DNA of 19,983 nt from an uncultured archaeon (GCA_964447495.1 CAYUTF010000061.1:1-19983), one strand, 5' to 3'. Shown: positions 1-9,296, counted from the first letter of the stretch. Program-made: numbers and translations. Notes: generated by a model from the sequence alone, not told the origin.

Positions 1-1
1 T

Positions 2-565
2 AATATTAGCTTCAGTCGTATCAAAATGACCATTATTTGGAATATAAAACTCTTTTTTTGGATATTTACTCCTCAGTAATGGAGCAATCGTAGAAAAGAG
101 AAGATGTTCGGCACACCTTCCCTGAGGTACTATAAATGCATTCGGCCTTTTTAATTGATGCACGCCACCATTAACAAATCCTCCTTCAAATGAAGTTAGA
201 TATAGTTCATTCATGAGCTTTTCAATATTTGTTTCTCCAGTGAAAATGAGATTAATCGCTTTTTTGGGATTATCCCCTCTTTCAAAGGTATCACGAATCG
301 CATCCAAAAGGATATAATATCCTCGATTTCGCCCATAAGCTTCATCACCATGAATAATGGCTGCCCATTGTAAATCAGTCATCGTTGAGGTACCGCTATC
401 GGATAAAAAATCTAAAACTAACATATCCGCAGGAAACGAGAACATACTATACTCTGTTTCTTTAAGAGCAGTTTCTCTCTGAGCTTGAGTGACTTCTTTT
501 ATATTTCTTACTACGAGCGCCTTTTTAGAAGGAACGGGTACGCCCAAATCATGCATAGACTTCAT
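2..565 (-). CDS. Tryptophanase / tyrosine phenol-lyase family PLP beta-eliminating lyase, N-terminal part (runs off window start)
   Basis: Manually translated, not in the ORF track: MKSMHDLGVPVP...DFLSDSGTSTMTDLQWAAIIHGDEAYGRNRGYY...PQGRCAE...NNGHFDTTEANI. Matches the TnaA/Tpl motifs DLLTDSGT, GDEAY, QGRGAE and FDTT. TnaA and Tpl cannot be distinguished from this fragment. Confidence 0.9.
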   Translation of the reverse strand, partial: MKSMHDLGVPVPSKKALVVRNIKEVTQAQRETALKETEYSMFSFPADMLVLDFLSDSGTSTMTDLQWAAIIHGDEAYGRNRGYYILLDAIRDTFERGDNPKKAINLIFTGETNIEKLMNELYLTSFEGGFVNGGVHQLKRPNAFIVPQGRCAEHLLFSTIAPLLRSKYPKKEFYIPNNGHFDTTEANI

Positions 566-708
566 TCTATCATTCTTTACTCCAATTATAGGATTAGATA
601 TTCAAATTTTACGTCTAGAAATTAAAATCACTATTTTTAATTAATTCATAGATGATAATAAAAGTTATTGAAATAGAAAATTCAAATCTCTCTCTATGAA
701 CTTAATTG

Positions 709-1260
709 CTACTCTTTTTTCTTTTTCCCTAAATTAATTTCTTTGCTCAACATTAATTGTGCGATTTTTTCAAAGGTGAGCTCAACATTCTCGCCAGTTT
801 TCGAAGAACATTCTATATACTCTGAAAAGTTGTGATCTTTGGCAAAACTCTTAGCTTCTGGTACAGAAACCGTCCGGGCTTGTTCAAGATCTAGTTTACT
901 TCCTAATAAGATAGTTTGGACCTCCTGACCGAAATTTCTATTCGTCTCATTAAAAACGGCTAACCAATTCTTTAAATTACCAAATGTTTTATATCGGGTA
1001 ATATCAAATAGAAAAAGTGTTCCGCTTGCTCCGTTAATGGCACCAGGTAAAAGAAATCGGAATTTCTCTTCTCCGGCAAAATCCCAGATCTGTAATGTAA
1101 CTTTTTGTCCATCTACTTCAAGTTTTTTTAAATAAAATTCCATTCCGATTGTAAGGGCATATTTTTCTTCAAATAAGCCTTCCATATAGCGATGTGTTAA
1201 TGTAGTTTTGCCAACTCCTGCGTCACCTAATATACAAAGCTTATATCTCAAATCGCTCAT
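709..1260 (-). CDS. Rab-like small GTPase (Ras superfamily)
   Basis: G1 GDAGVGKT, G2 TIGMEF, G3 WDFAGE, G4 SKLD, G5 CSSK; RabF-like IGMEF, LQIWD, KFRFL, LFDIT. Confidence 0.95.
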   Translation of the reverse strand: MSDLRYKLCILGDAGVGKTTLTHRYMEGLFEEKYALTIGMEFYLKKLEVDGQKVTLQIWDFAGEEKFRFLLPGAINGASGTLFLFDITRYKTFGNLKNWLAVFNETNRNFGQEVQTILLGSKLDLEQARTVSVPEAKSFAKDHNFSEYIECSSKTGENVELTFEKIAQLMLSKEINLGKKKKE

Positions 1261-1381
1261 AATCTACTTTATTTAATACTTGATTTTCAATTTAAATCTT
1301 TATTATTCAAAATGTATTTAAAAAGAGGTTTTAAAAAAGAAATTTAATAAAATTAAAAGAAAATAGAAAGTAAAAAAAGGA

Positions 1382-1873
1382 TTAATCTAATTTACGCAGT
1401 AATTCTTTCACCCATAAAATAACTTGTTCTTTGACAGTTTCAGGTTCAATTTTTAGCGGATGTATAAAACGGTGGTCACCAAGGATGTTAGTACCTTCCA
1501 TAAACGCTCTAAATCGCTTCATTGCTTTAATCCCATCACCATCACTACATGTCCATAATGCTATTTTTTTACCCTTTAAATCGAATTTGGTGCAATACGA
1601 GCGTATTGGAGGTGTAATTGTCCAAGCCCATACAGGAGTACCAATAATAGTTAAATCATAATCCGATGGATTGTACGTTAAATCTTCCAGTTTTGGTTTT
1701 TTTTTCATACTAGCTTGCATCCCGCCCCAAAGGAATTTCGAACTGCTCTCTGGGTTTAAATTTTTTTTTGGTTTGACTTCTTCTATATCTGCATTAAGTT
1801 CATTACTGATTTGTTCAGCAATGAATTTAGTATTCCCTGTAAGCGAATAATATACTACTAATATTTTTACCAT
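1382..1873 (-). CDS. Flavodoxin family protein
   Basis: N-terminal ILVVYYSLTGNT FMN phosphate loop and YDLTIIGTPVW motif; 163 aa. Confidence 0.92.
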   Translation of the reverse strand: MVKILVVYYSLTGNTKFIAEQISNELNADIEEVKPKKNLNPESSSKFLWGGMQASMKKKPKLEDLTYNPSDYDLTIIGTPVWAWTITPPIRSYCTKFDLKGKKIALWTCSDGDGIKAMKRFRAFMEGTNILGDHRFIHPLKIEPETVKEQVILWVKELLRKLD

Positions 1874-1935
1874 AATTTTTTATCTCAACTTTATCATTTA
1901 TTATTTTTTTTTATTGGTGAATAAGAATATTATAA

Positions 1936-3330
1936 TTAATTTAAATCTGATTTCAAAATATCTGCTCTTTCCTTCAAGATAGATTTAATAAAGTTCACAT
2001 TATTGGGATACCATTTTAATGCAAACGTCCATAATATAATTCCTGGTAAGATACATAAAATAATATAGAGAATAGTTTGTTGATAGTTATATTGTGTTAG
2101 AACTAAAAGTAATCCACTTAGAGCAGGTCCAATACCCCTCCCAAGGTTTTCTAAGAATTGATTCCAAGATACTATTTGCGCCTGAGCTTCGGGTAAATTA
2201 ATATATTGTAGAATAGGGCTTTGATTGACAATATATAGGGAAAATATAGACCTTGAAAAGAAAAATAGAGCACCCATCAACCATATTGTGGGAAATGACA
2301 TCAAAAAGAATACATCTTTTCCTTGTTCTATGCTTAAATGTGGCCAAGGTATAAAAAAGAACAGGGCAAAAGTAATAATCCCTCCAATTAATGCAAAAAT
2401 TATCATGAAGACACGAGCATTCATATATTTCTGAGCAAATTTATCGCTCAATCGTGAAAGGCTTAGTTGACCTGCAATTCCTCCTGTTAACCCAAAAAGG
2501 ACCATAAAGATGCTCGTGGAAAATTCTGAAATATTATGGGGTTCATTTTGGATTAAATTTAGAATTAAAAAGTTAATAGAGCCCATTAAAATCCATGTAA
2601 AGATTCCTTCAATTAAAGCAACAATATTAGTCTTACTAAACATCGTTCTTTTCATCATTTCTCGGCTGATCTTATAATCATAGGTTAGATTATCCTTTTT
2701 GAGAAGATGTATTAATTCTTCCTCTTGAGCACCGCGCTTAGGTTCCTCACTCAATATTTTATAAATGATTCCAAACATTATTATACCAATACCTGCAATC
2801 CAAAAAAACAGGCGCCAAAATCCTGTTTGCATAAAAAGAGCACCAATAACAAATCCAAATGTCATTGTTAAAGACCGAACAATCTCATAATTCCCAAAAA
2901 AACGAGACCTTTGTTCTTTCGGTACGATATCATTCGAAAGTGAAATAACAGTTGGCCAGCTCAATCCAGCAAAAACTCCAAACATCGAAATAAGGATTAA
3001 GAAGTAGATCCATGTGAATTCTTCGCCGCCCTCAATTCCAAATCCTAATAAAATGATGGCGATCCCCCTAAAAATAGATATTATAAATAAGATTTTCTTA
3101 CGCGAATATTTATCAATAAGAAACCCAAATAATAATCCTGAAATGGATGCCGCCCAAGAAAGGGTTGTGATCATGATACCCATTTCTAAAGCGTGGCTCG
3201 GATCTCCTGGCCAGATGATACGTGATATCGGAACAATAAGAAAGATGATACCACCCCACGCAATGCTTTGAAATCCATTTAAAAAGTAAATTGGCCAGAG
3301 AATAGAATTATATCGGTATTTTTGAGCCAT
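1936..3330 (-). CDS. MFS transporter
   Basis: About 12 hydrophobic segments; motif A-like GFLIDKYSRKK, plus DIVPKEQRSRFFG and SRLSDKF in the second half. Confidence 0.9.
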   Translation of the reverse strand: MAQKYRYNSILWPIYFLNGFQSIAWGGIIFLIVPISRIIWPGDPSHALEMGIMITTLSWAASISGLLFGFLIDKYSRKKILFIISIFRGIAIILLGFGIEGGEEFTWIYFLILISMFGVFAGLSWPTVISLSNDIVPKEQRSRFFGNYEIVRSLTMTFGFVIGALFMQTGFWRLFFWIAGIGIIMFGIIYKILSEEPKRGAQEEELIHLLKKDNLTYDYKISREMMKRTMFSKTNIVALIEGIFTWILMGSINFLILNLIQNEPHNISEFSTSIFMVLFGLTGGIAGQLSLSRLSDKFAQKYMNARVFMIIFALIGGIITFALFFFIPWPHLSIEQGKDVFFLMSFPTIWLMGALFFFSRSIFSLYIVNQSPILQYINLPEAQAQIVSWNQFLENLGRGIGPALSGLLLVLTQYNYQQTILYIILCILPGIILWTFALKWYPNNVNFIKSILKERADILKSDLN

Positions 3331-3446
3331 TAAAATCAGTAGTATGTTGCCTTAATATGCTAATTTAAAATGGTTTTTGAAATTTGAATCTATTGGAATT
3401 TTGGACGCTTTTGTTAATAAGGAAAGGAATTACTATAAAGAATATC

Positions 3447-5900
3447 TTAGTAAATGAATTGTGAAAGTTTCTTATGTTGGATTTTACGAATGGTAAAGTA
3501 AAGGATAATAAAAACTACACTGAAAAGGATGTATATAATTATATTGAAAAGTGATAGGAGCCAGCATGTTGTAATTCCAACGATTAATAATGCCATATAT
3601 ATGTAGAATCCATTCAAATGGTCTTTATTATTATCCCAAATAAAAATTGTCGCTCCAATTATGACTCCTAAATTGTATCCAATATTTATAAACTGTTTTA
3701 GATTACTATAATCCATTATCGCTAAAATAATTGCCCCAAAAAGGCCTATAATTAAGAAATAGAAGATATTATTATTGCCTTTCGCCTCATAAGCGGTTTT
3801 TCTTGCATTTGTAAGCCCATTTTTGTAAAGTGCCCAGAACACCAATGCTGTACTAAAAATTTTGAAGTAATAATGACCGAAGAAAAGATCAATATTATCT
3901 AAAAACGATAAATCAAGATGATATCCTAGGATTTGTAAGATTTCTAACATTGAATCAGGGACAGCAAACTCAAATGCAATATTAACAGAAGGAATAAGTT
4001 CTATAGAAAAAAGAGCTTTAAATGCGGCTCGAATTGACCAAATAAGATATATCATTACGAATATATCAAATATTTTGAAAGCTTTTTGCTTTACCATTAA
4101 TGTCGAGAGTTTGAAATATTTAGATACTGATGCAATAATACATAACCCAATTAAAAAATTTATAGATATAGCAATCAGAAACAGCGCTCCACTTAGTAGA
4201 GTATTATAAACTAAAAAATCAGTATCAATTATTGAAAATGTGATTAAACCTATCAAAGCGATTATTCCTGCATATAAAAAAGGTATCAAACTTCTGAGAA
4301 TTCTTTTATTATCAATAATTTTATCATAATGAGTTCCAATTTCCTCTTCAATTTTACATTTACTAGCAATCTGCATTAGGCGATCATATCGACTACCAGA
4401 TGATTTTAATGCCATTGATTGAAACTTACTCGATCCTTTAATGTTTAATGGATTTCCTTTCAATAGAATCCTTTTTAAGCTCACTAAATCTCCAATTGAA
4501 TCAGGCAACTCTTTTAATTGATTATTCTCTAAATTTATAATTTCTAATTGTTTCAGCTCTCCAATAGAATTTGGAATTGATAGAAGTTTGTTCTCATATA
4601 AATCTAATACTTTTAAAGAATCGAGTTTTCCTATAGAATCGGGGAGCTCTTGTAATTCACAAGAACTTAAATCTAACACTTCTAGTGATATCAGATTTCC
4701 AATACAAGAAGGTAATTTATTTAAAGTTCCTTTATAGAAGATTGGTGGTGCTTCAAGATATAGTGATTTAAGATGCCTTAAATCACAGATAGAATCGGGT
4801 AATTCATTTAAGGGATTATTTTCAATATTTAAATGCTCTAAACTGTCGAGATGTCCCAATTGATCAGGTAAAGAAGTTATATAATTATTTTCTAAATGCA
4901 AACTCTTTAGATTCTTTAAATCTTTTAAATCCTCTGGAAGATTGGATATATTTGTTAGAGACAAATCCAAAAATTCGAGGTTTTTTAGTTGAAATAAAGT
5001 TTCTGGGACTTTTCCAAGTGGATTACATTTCAATGTTAACTTTTTTAAAAATTTCAAGTTTTTAATATTGGTAGGTAAGTCCTTTAAGTCGCAATTAAAT
5101 AACCCTAATCCAATTAACGTACCATCTTGAACTACTATTCCAAAGGAATCATTCTCACAACTGTATATTCTTGGAAGTCCATTTCTTTTAAGCTTCTTTA
5201 AATCATATTGTGTCTTTATGTGAGGGTTTTTGCTATTATTGAAAATAAGCTTTTCAATTTCTTGTAATGTATCTATCTCATAATTATTGAGATTATACCT
5301 ACTATATCTATTAGATGGTTGATTGAGTAGATTATCTTTTCTATCTATTAATCTTTTTATTATATCATTGAAGAGGATATCAACATTCTTTCCTGTTTTG
5401 GCCGAGTTATAATAAAATTTAAAGTTATTTTCTTTTAAATAAAAGCCAATATATTTTGACGCATCTGGTATAAGTTTAGGATGCAAATCTGCTTTATTTC
5501 CTGCGATGCTTATCGGAATCTCATGCAAATCGTCTTCAATATATTGATTAAACCACTTTTTAAAATCTCTAACGTTAATATGACTTTTTAATTCCTTGAC
5601 AATGATTACAGCATCAGCATTTTTTAATATTTTTTCTCTTAGTGGTGAAACTTGAGAACTTAAACCTCCCGTGTCCCATATAATTAAGTTTACTTTGACT
5701 CTCTCCTCGAATATTAAGGTTTTTTTAATGATTTTAAATCCTACTGTAGGATGATGAAACTCAGTAAAGGTATTTTCAAGAAATTTTTGTATTAAGGATG
5801 ATTTTCCCGATTGATAATCTCCAAGGATTATAATCTTAAATGTATAATTTCCTTCCGATAAAGCTGAAGCGTTAATTTGCTTATTAATTTGAGAATTCAA
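3447..5900 (-). CDS. Small GTPase (Rab/Roc-like) + leucine-rich repeats + C-terminal multipass membrane domain fusion
   Basis: aa ~19-186: GDYQSGKS, TVGF, WDTGG, NKAD, SAK. aa ~260-487: about 9-10 LPxxIGxLxxLxxLxLxxNxL repeats. aa ~535-805: 7-8 hydrophobic helices. TTG start is uncertain. Confidence 0.88.
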   Translation of the reverse strand: MNSQINKQINASALSEGNYTFKIIILGDYQSGKSSLIQKFLENTFTEFHHPTVGFKIIKKTLIFEERVKVNLIIWDTGGLSSQVSPLREKILKNADAVIIVKELKSHINVRDFKKWFNQYIEDDLHEIPISIAGNKADLHPKLIPDASKYIGFYLKENNFKFYYNSAKTGKNVDILFNDIIKRLIDRKDNLLNQPSNRYSRYNLNNYEIDTLQEIEKLIFNNSKNPHIKTQYDLKKLKRNGLPRIYSCENDSFGIVVQDGTLIGLGLFNCDLKDLPTNIKNLKFLKKLTLKCNPLGKVPETLFQLKNLEFLDLSLTNISNLPEDLKDLKNLKSLHLENNYITSLPDQLGHLDSLEHLNIENNPLNELPDSICDLRHLKSLYLEAPPIFYKGTLNKLPSCIGNLISLEVLDLSSCELQELPDSIGKLDSLKVLDLYENKLLSIPNSIGELKQLEIINLENNQLKELPDSIGDLVSLKRILLKGNPLNIKGSSKFQSMALKSSGSRYDRLMQIASKCKIEEEIGTHYDKIIDNKRILRSLIPFLYAGIIALIGLITFSIIDTDFLVYNTLLSGALFLIAISINFLIGLCIIASVSKYFKLSTLMVKQKAFKIFDIFVMIYLIWSIRAAFKALFSIELIPSVNIAFEFAVPDSMLEILQILGYHLDLSFLDNIDLFFGHYYFKIFSTALVFWALYKNGLTNARKTAYEAKGNNNIFYFLIIGLFGAIILAIMDYSNLKQFINIGYNLGVIIGATIFIWDNNKDHLNGFYIYMALLIVGITTCWLLSLFNIIIYILFSVVFIILYFTIRKIQHKKLSQFIY

Positions 5901-6036
5901 GAGCCTTTTTCCAATGGATAGTATATTAGAAAATCTAAATATAAGATGTATGTTATTTCATAGTGATAATAAATCAATTTTTTTTTAATTCTTGCTTTTC
6001 AAAAACAAAAAAATAGGCTGTTTTTCTCCTAATTCT

Positions 6037-7239
6037 TTACCAAATACTAATTTTATTTCTAAGAATTACAAAAAATACCACACCAAATAAAGCTAAACCT
6101 GTTAAAAAGAAAAATCCGATATCAATCCCGAAAGTTGCTATATATCCTATTACAATCGGAGAAAAAAAGTAGCCAAAACCAACTATTGTCTCAAAGTAAA
6201 CGCTATATTTTGAAGTTTTGTTAATTATATTTTTAAAAACTATCAATTTGAATGAAAACGTATAATTAATAGATAAGAACATGCCAAAAGTAAAGAATAA
6301 AAATCCAAAAATAATGATATTTTGATTAATAGCCATTAAAAAAAGGCTACAAAATACAATCATAATTGAGAAGGGCAATAATTTCTTTAATCGTGCAATA
6401 TTAAAATCCATTGATTTTGCAATAGTAATCGTTTGAGAGGAAAGTCTAAAGGCATAAAATAAGTAGTTTGTAAATAGTGAAAAATTCAAAAGATTTGATT
6501 TTAGGGGATAGACTAATCCTACTCCTCCAATTAAAAAACTATATACGCCAATCATTACAAGGGGAATATACAATGGAAAGGAGACTTCTTCATTCTTAGG
6601 AATGGCTTTTACACCTTTATCCATTGGGATTACGGGCTCTGATTCAAGATTAAAATTTGGATTTTTAATAAAAAAAGCAAAAATAACTCCAATGATTGCA
6701 AAAATTAGTGAAAACTTAAACATAATAAGATTATCATCAATAAAGAAGAGAATACAAGTTCCTAAAATAAAGCCGAAAATTCCTCCTGAATTCCATGATA
6801 GACTATAAGTTTTCATTAACTTATTTTTTTGAACAGTATTATCTTTATATTCATTCTGATCCAATATTGTAGAGATTGTGCTCGCTAAAACTGGCCAAAA
6901 AAAACCTAAGAGAATCCCATCAGAAATTAAGAGAATAAATATAATCAATGGGTATAAATTAAACTGCAGAATGATTTGAATAACCAACGCGCCTGATGAA
7001 GAGATTATAAGGGTTAATTTTAATCCCAACTTGTTATGAATATTACGAAATATTAACGGAGAAAATAGATAAGCCATTGCTGTACCAGAAGTGATAATTC
7101 CAATGATTTCGGAGCTAAGATCTATCCCTATTAAATATAATGGGATTGCTAAACCAATTGTTACACTTATTGCGATTCTGAAGAACGCGGAAAAGAGAAT
7201 TGGAAGGAGATTATAACCTTTTTTCCCCACTAAGTACAT
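6037..7239 (-). CDS. MFS-like transporter
   Basis: About 12 hydrophobic helices in two halves with a central loop; degenerate motif A (RNIHNKLGLK) and YSLSWNSGGIFGFILG. Confidence 0.82.
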   Translation of the reverse strand: MYLVGKKGYNLLPILFSAFFRIAISVTIGLAIPLYLIGIDLSSEIIGIITSGTAMAYLFSPLIFRNIHNKLGLKLTLIISSSGALVIQIILQFNLYPLIIFILLISDGILLGFFWPVLASTISTILDQNEYKDNTVQKNKLMKTYSLSWNSGGIFGFILGTCILFFIDDNLIMFKFSLIFAIIGVIFAFFIKNPNFNLESEPVIPMDKGVKAIPKNEEVSFPLYIPLVMIGVYSFLIGGVGLVYPLKSNLLNFSLFTNYLFYAFRLSSQTITIAKSMDFNIARLKKLLPFSIMIVFCSLFLMAINQNIIIFGFLFFTFGMFLSINYTFSFKLIVFKNIINKTSKYSVYFETIVGFGYFFSPIVIGYIATFGIDIGFFFLTGLALFGVVFFVILRNKISIW

Positions 7240-7316
7240 CCCACATACTATATTAAATTAAAAAATAGAATTAAGGAAAAATAATAAAGTTTATGGCAAT
7301 TTACAGAAATAGATAC

Positions 7317-7409
7317 AATCTTAAAAAATATAATTTGAAATAAAGCCTTCTTTCACATTACTCGTTCCAAAATCTATGAAATACTTATCAACATATTCAA
7401 ATTAAATTT
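7317..7409 (+). pseudogene. Highly decayed remnant of an LRR gene C-terminus
   Basis: Frame reads NLKKYNLK*SLLSHYSFQNL*NTYQHIQIKF and aligns residue-for-residue to HLHT/INLQRNPLPSDMVQNLRNTYPHIQIEY at 8955-9046. Confidence 0.55.
7366..7407 (+). repeat. Diverged direct repeat, copy 1 (partner 9003-9044)
   Basis: tccaaaatctatgaaatacttatcaacatattcaaattaaat; 36/42 identical to copy 2, ungapped. Confidence 0.85.
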
Positions 7410-7737
7410 TTTATTAATAAGGTAGGTTTCAGTACAAATTCCTATAAAGAATACCTATGGAATATTTATGGCGCATATCGTCAAGGAAATCTTGAATATC
7501 TTTTACCCCTCAGTCCGCTTACTGATCACCCTGATGAATTAATTGAATGGACCAAGACTAATTGGAATACTCTAAGAAACCATACAATCTTCATATTTAG
7601 CAAGCGTTGGGTATTGTTTAAAATACTTTAGAACTTAGAAGAGATGCAGAAAGATTGATGCTTGGTTTTCTTTTATCTATAGGCTTAGCGAGTATGCAAC
7701 TCTCACTTTTTGATGTAAGGTCAATTCCATCCGAATT

Positions 7738-7752
7738 GAAACTTTTATAAAT
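7738..7752 (+). promoter_or_regulatory. Candidate archaeal BRE-TATA promoter for the LRR gene
   Basis: gaaac-ttttataaat about 70 nt upstream of ATG 7819; weak evidence given the AT-rich background. Confidence 0.35.
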
Positions 7753-7818
7753 AAAATTATCCTTTTTTTAAATTAGAAGAACTTAAGACTCCATTTATTT
7801 AAATTAGTATTTTTCTTC

Positions 7819-8751
7819 ATGATAAGCATGCGAAAAGAACAAAATTATGTAACTCTTATGGGTAAAAAAATATTCATCCAATCTAAGGAAAATTTACCTC
7901 AATTAGCACAGTATGATTTTTTACCCATCTGGGATACTAATCTGAGGAGAATATCTGAACTTGAAGGATTAGAAAAATTACATGATCTTGAAGGCCTAAT
8001 TGTCGTTGAAATATACCTAATGGAAATCGATGGGCTTGAAAAACTCACTAATTTAAAAGAATTGCGAATAGTTGGAAGTGAATATCTTACCAAAATAAAA
8101 GGGCTTGATACGTTAACTAACTTAGAAATTCTAGATCTTGGGTGCAATTGTTATATTGACAAAATTGAAGGTTTAGATAATCTTCAAAACCTTAAAGTAC
8201 TTAATTTTGGCACAAGTTATTTTGATTGTGAGGGTGGATTTGTAATGAAAATTGAAGGCCTTGATAATTTAACTAATTTAAGATGGCTAAATTTTAATAG
8301 TAATGGCATTAGTACCATTGAAGGTCTTGAAAATCTTAAAAATCTCCGATATCTCTCTTTTATGGCAAATATGATTACAAAAATACAAGGTCTAGACTCC
8401 CTTGTGAATCTTGAATTCTTGGATTTATCGGAGAATAAAATTGAACATATTGAAGGCCTCAATTCATTGATAAATTTAAAGCATCTTAATTTAAAACATA
8501 ATAATATTTCTGAGATACAAGGTCTTGATAAGCTCCAATCATTAAGAGAACTTAACCTATTCGATAATAAAATTCAATAAATTGAAGGTATTGATCACAA
8601 TCTTAACCTACAAGAATTAGATGTTCGTCAGCGGCACAATATGTTTCCATCTTTTTCCAAGAAAAATAAACCTGAAAAAAGGTATTATTCACGAGAAGAG
8701 ATACTGCCTTATCTTAAAAATTTGAAAAAATTAGAAAAATTCAATGACTAG
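7819..8751 (+). pseudogene. SDS22-like leucine-rich repeat gene interrupted by an in-frame TAA at 8578-8580 (253-aa ORF 7819-8580 may be expressed truncated)
   Basis: About ten IEGLxxLxNLxxLxLxxNxI repeats. After the TAA the same frame continues IEGIDHNLNLQELDV...EILPYLKNLKKLEKFND to TAG 8749-8751. Confidence 0.8.
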
Positions 8752-8828
8752 CATTATCCCATTGCGGATAAGTACCCAATTTACTATTGGTAATCCCTCA
8801 TATTTACGATACTTTTTGGAAAGGGTTC

Positions 8829-9052
8829 GTGGAAATTTAATCATCCAACAACTATTTTTGTTCATTTAGCGTCCCAGAACCACTCGAATACCTTGAATTT
8901 ATTGACTTGTCGGATATTTATATTGTTAACATTAAAAACCTCGACAATATTGCTCACCTCCATACATAAATCTACAGAGAAACCCCCTCCCCAGCGACAT
9001 GGTCCAAAATCTACGAAATACCTACCCACACATTCAAATTGAATATCCCTAA
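8829..9052 (+). pseudogene. Frameshifted remnant of a second SDS22-like LRR gene (last repeats plus C-cap)
   Basis: VEI*SSNNYFCSFSVPEPLEYLEFIDLSDIYIVNIKNLDNIAHLHT, then a -1 shift at ~8965 gives INLQRNPLPSDMVQNLRNTYPHIQIEYP* (TAA 9050-9052). Confidence 0.72.
9003..9044 (+). repeat. Diverged direct repeat, copy 2 (partner 7366-7407)
   Basis: tccaaaatctacgaaatacctacccacacattcaaattgaat; 36/42 identical to copy 1. Confidence 0.85.
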
Positions 9053-9296
9053 TTTCACTCCCCAAAATTTAACTTTAAAACGTCGTATCATTTAAAAATA
9101 ATGTTCTTCTCGAACCATTCGCTCCCAAATCTCAATTTATCGCTAGTTAGTTTTCATACTTTATCGCATATTATTTAGACGGTTAAATATAAAAACAAAT
9201 GAATCTTTAAGTAAAGATATTCAACGATAAAAAATACATAGTTATTAAAATCTACACTGATTTTTAATAAAATTACAGAGATTAGAACTAAAACTT

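Noticed and set aside
562-573. Mini-ORF ATG-ATA-GAA-TGA overlapping the lyase start, as a TnaC-like leader peptide
   Set aside because: Only three codons and no Trp or Tyr. A GGAG lies upstream, but such mini-ORFs arise easily by chance.
1382-1873. Flavodoxin as the dedicated electron donor for the activase
   Set aside because: Chemically plausible, but about 10 kb away, on the other strand and in a different gene run; no sequence evidence.
3447-5900. Calling the GTPase-LRR protein a Roco protein or a GPCR
   Set aside because: Domain order is reversed and no COR domain is visible; helix count and GPCR motifs are not supported.
8578-8751. Genome-wide stop-codon reassignment or pyrrolysine readthrough
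   Set aside because: TAA and TAG terminate intact genes elsewhere in the window, and neighbouring relics also carry a frameshift, which fits decay.
7366-9044. Repeat pair as a diversity-generating retroelement TR/VR
   Set aside because: Mismatches are not adenine-specific on either strand (four T/C, one A/C, one A/G), the match is short, and there is no reverse transcriptase in the window.
8862-9065. 67-aa minus-strand ORF from the track
   Set aside because: Antisense to the recognisable LRR remnant on the plus strand; TTG start and no motif.
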